64,000 nucleotides of DNA. Origin: the human T2T-CHM13v2.0 reference genome, Homo sapiens. Each line of letters starts with the position of its first letter. The stretch's first letter is position 1. The stretch lies in assembly GCF_009914755.1 (NCBI RefSeq), contig NC_060936.1; one strand, 5' to 3'. The translations under genes were made by a program, and so were the position numbers. The notes under the pieces are model-generated. The model was not told the DNA's origin and did not search any database. It saw nothing but the letters and a program-made list of their open reading frames with translations. Of the stretch, positions 61,540 through 64,000 are shown piece by piece.

Positions 61540-62330
61540 AAGCTTTTTTTTCCTGCAAAATTTCAAACATATCTAGAAGTGGAGAGTAGAGTATAAGGAA
61601 TCCCCATGTACTCATCACAAAGTGAATAATTATCAACATTTTACCAATTTTGTTTCATCTATACACACATAAACATGAACATGCACACCCCACCCACACA
61701 TACCCTAGCTGGAGAATTTTAAAGCAAATTCCAGGAGTTCGTTATTTCTAACAGTTATGGGGTTTTGTTTTGTTTTTTCAAAATAACATCTATAATTGTC
61801 CCCATTCATATATCTGCAGTTGGCTGAAAAATTCTTTATATCAGTTTCTTCAATTCAGAATCTAAACAAATTTAACACATTTGCATTTGCTTGATGTGTC
61901 TCTTAGGTTGTTTTAAATATATGATGGTTTCCCCTCCAGCTTTAAAATTTCATATCATTTTTATTTATTTAAGAAACCAGGTAATTTATCCTATAAAATA
62001 CAGATAGATTCTGTAGGATAAATTTCTAGATTTACCTGATGATACCCTCAGAGAGCCATTTAATACACCCATCCCAAGTATTTCCTAAAAGCTGGTAGAT
62101 CTAGAAATTTATGAGAGTTAAGTTATTATTATGTGTTTGTTTATTTTTGTCTTTTGGCAAAAATACTTCATCGTTAGTGTTACGTACTTTCTATTGCATC
62201 ACATCAGGAGACACATCTTGTTTGGCTGTTCCATATTTAGTGATACTAAGATTGATCAGCAGCTTCAGTTGTTTTATTTATTCAATATAAAGTTTTCCCA
62301 TTAACCTTCATCTAAATGGTCTTAGCAGCC
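61540..62330 (-). mobile_element. L1MC/ME-like 3' UTR fragment
   Basis: aaaatttcaaacata..gaagtggagagtagagtataaggaatccccatgtac; ctattgcatcacatcaggagacac. Confidence 0.65.
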
Positions 62331-62645
62331 AATGGCAGTGATGGAAAACAGGAAGAAAGAAAAGAACCAGACTGTGAGTTCATTTGTCATATTCATACTG
62401 ACTGCCTAAGAATCCCCCTCAGTTTCAATTTGTCCATTGCATTCTTCTAAATGTAGCCGCCTTGTTTCAGCATGCTGTGATTTCCTCATATTGTTGACTA
62501 TAAGAGTAACTATTTCAGGAGCAGAAAACCTTTTCAGCCAACTTTTTTCTTTTATAATTTTCTATGTAAAAATTTAAAATCCTTTCCTGGTACCCAAATA
62601 TTTTTATAAGATTTATTTCTCATTATAATAAAGAAAAATACTTTA

Positions 62646-62990
<345 letters not shown>

Positions 62991-64000
62991 GTTAATTACA
63001 ACAGTTTCATTAGCAAGGCAACTTGATTGTAATTTCCCTATGTTTTAAACAGTTGTCAGAAATTACGTGTATCCATTAATGGTTTCCATTTTTATTAATC
63101 AGTTAAATGTGGAATGCAAGCATCAAATCAACATGACATAACTGCATTCATCACACTGAGATAACATTTCTACAGAAAGCAAAGAAACAGAGTATTTCAG
63201 ACTGCAGCTTTGTACACATGAATCCCTTTGCAATGGTTGTAGACTCCCATCTCATAAAAACTGCACTTTGAGAACTAGTTTACAGTTTAGCCAAAGAATG
63301 TGGTGCCTAGGCATGAGCACAAATTCTGATAATTAAATTCTGAGTGAACTAAATCATGACAGTGCTTAACATCTCAGAGCCTCATTTGTAAAGTGGGGTT
63401 TTATTTACTTTTATTTTATAAACATTTATTGAATGCCTACCATTTGTCAGAGATTACGCTGGGCATTGACAGTATGGAGACAAACAGTATTCCACTGTCT
63501 TCAAAGAGCCTACAGTCCAGTGAGAAAGATAAAAAATAAAAGTATTAATTACAATAGTTACAATAGTCAAGATCAGAACTGAAGGGTTCAGGATATAGGT
63601 TTCTTAAGGGCATCTTCAAACGAGTAGCCAAAGGGAACAGGGACTCAGTAATAGTAGTAGTATAGTTTTGACTCATGTGAGCTAAATTGTTTTGTATCAT
63701 TGAGTAAGTCACTTAACTGTTTAGTGTGCCCCAGTTTTCTTATCTGTAAAAAGAACAATAAATAGAACTCACTCTTAAGATGGTTAGGAAGATTAAGTGT
63801 ATGTTATTGAACTACCTGAAAATGCCTCCAGAAAAAGCTGCTAATGAAGTAAAACTAAGCTTTTTATAACTCACTGCAGTAACAGAGGGCATTGCCTTGG
63901 CAGTCTTCACAGTGCAGCTCAAGGGGGAAATTAGGGGAAGATATTTATAGGATTTGGAGGTCTGGGTTCAAAGGTAGAGAACAAACTGGGATTTGAAAAA

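Overview
Human/primate AT-rich genomic DNA containing the 3' part of a + strand gene that I identify as METTL25 (C12orf26). It has seven GT-AG coding exons (12357-12451, 16163-16192, 20186-20259, 38207-38300, 58125-58199, 58762-58833, 60413-60505) that splice into one open frame ending ...FDPVKSPRCYAVIALKKQQ*, followed by two AATAAA signals. The rest is intronic or intergenic and mostly transposable-element relics (L1PA, L1M, Alu, L2, MIR, MaLR LTRs, Tigger/MER DNA transposons). The most unusual structure is an ~11.8-kb nested insertion at 44209-56046. A MER2 is split by a near full-length minus-strand L1MA, which is itself split in ORF1 by a ~4.25-kb foreign block. That block carries an intronless HAVCR1 (TIM-1) pseudogene, interrupted by a THE1 LTR, plus repeats older than the L1 around it. 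The pseudogene lacks the Thr-rich mucin repeat array of human TIM-1. Two locally templated insertions, a fold-back micro-triplication and a candidate poison exon are also visible. I found no intact novel protein-coding system. Gene, repeat-family and subfamily names come from recalled sequences, not from a search.
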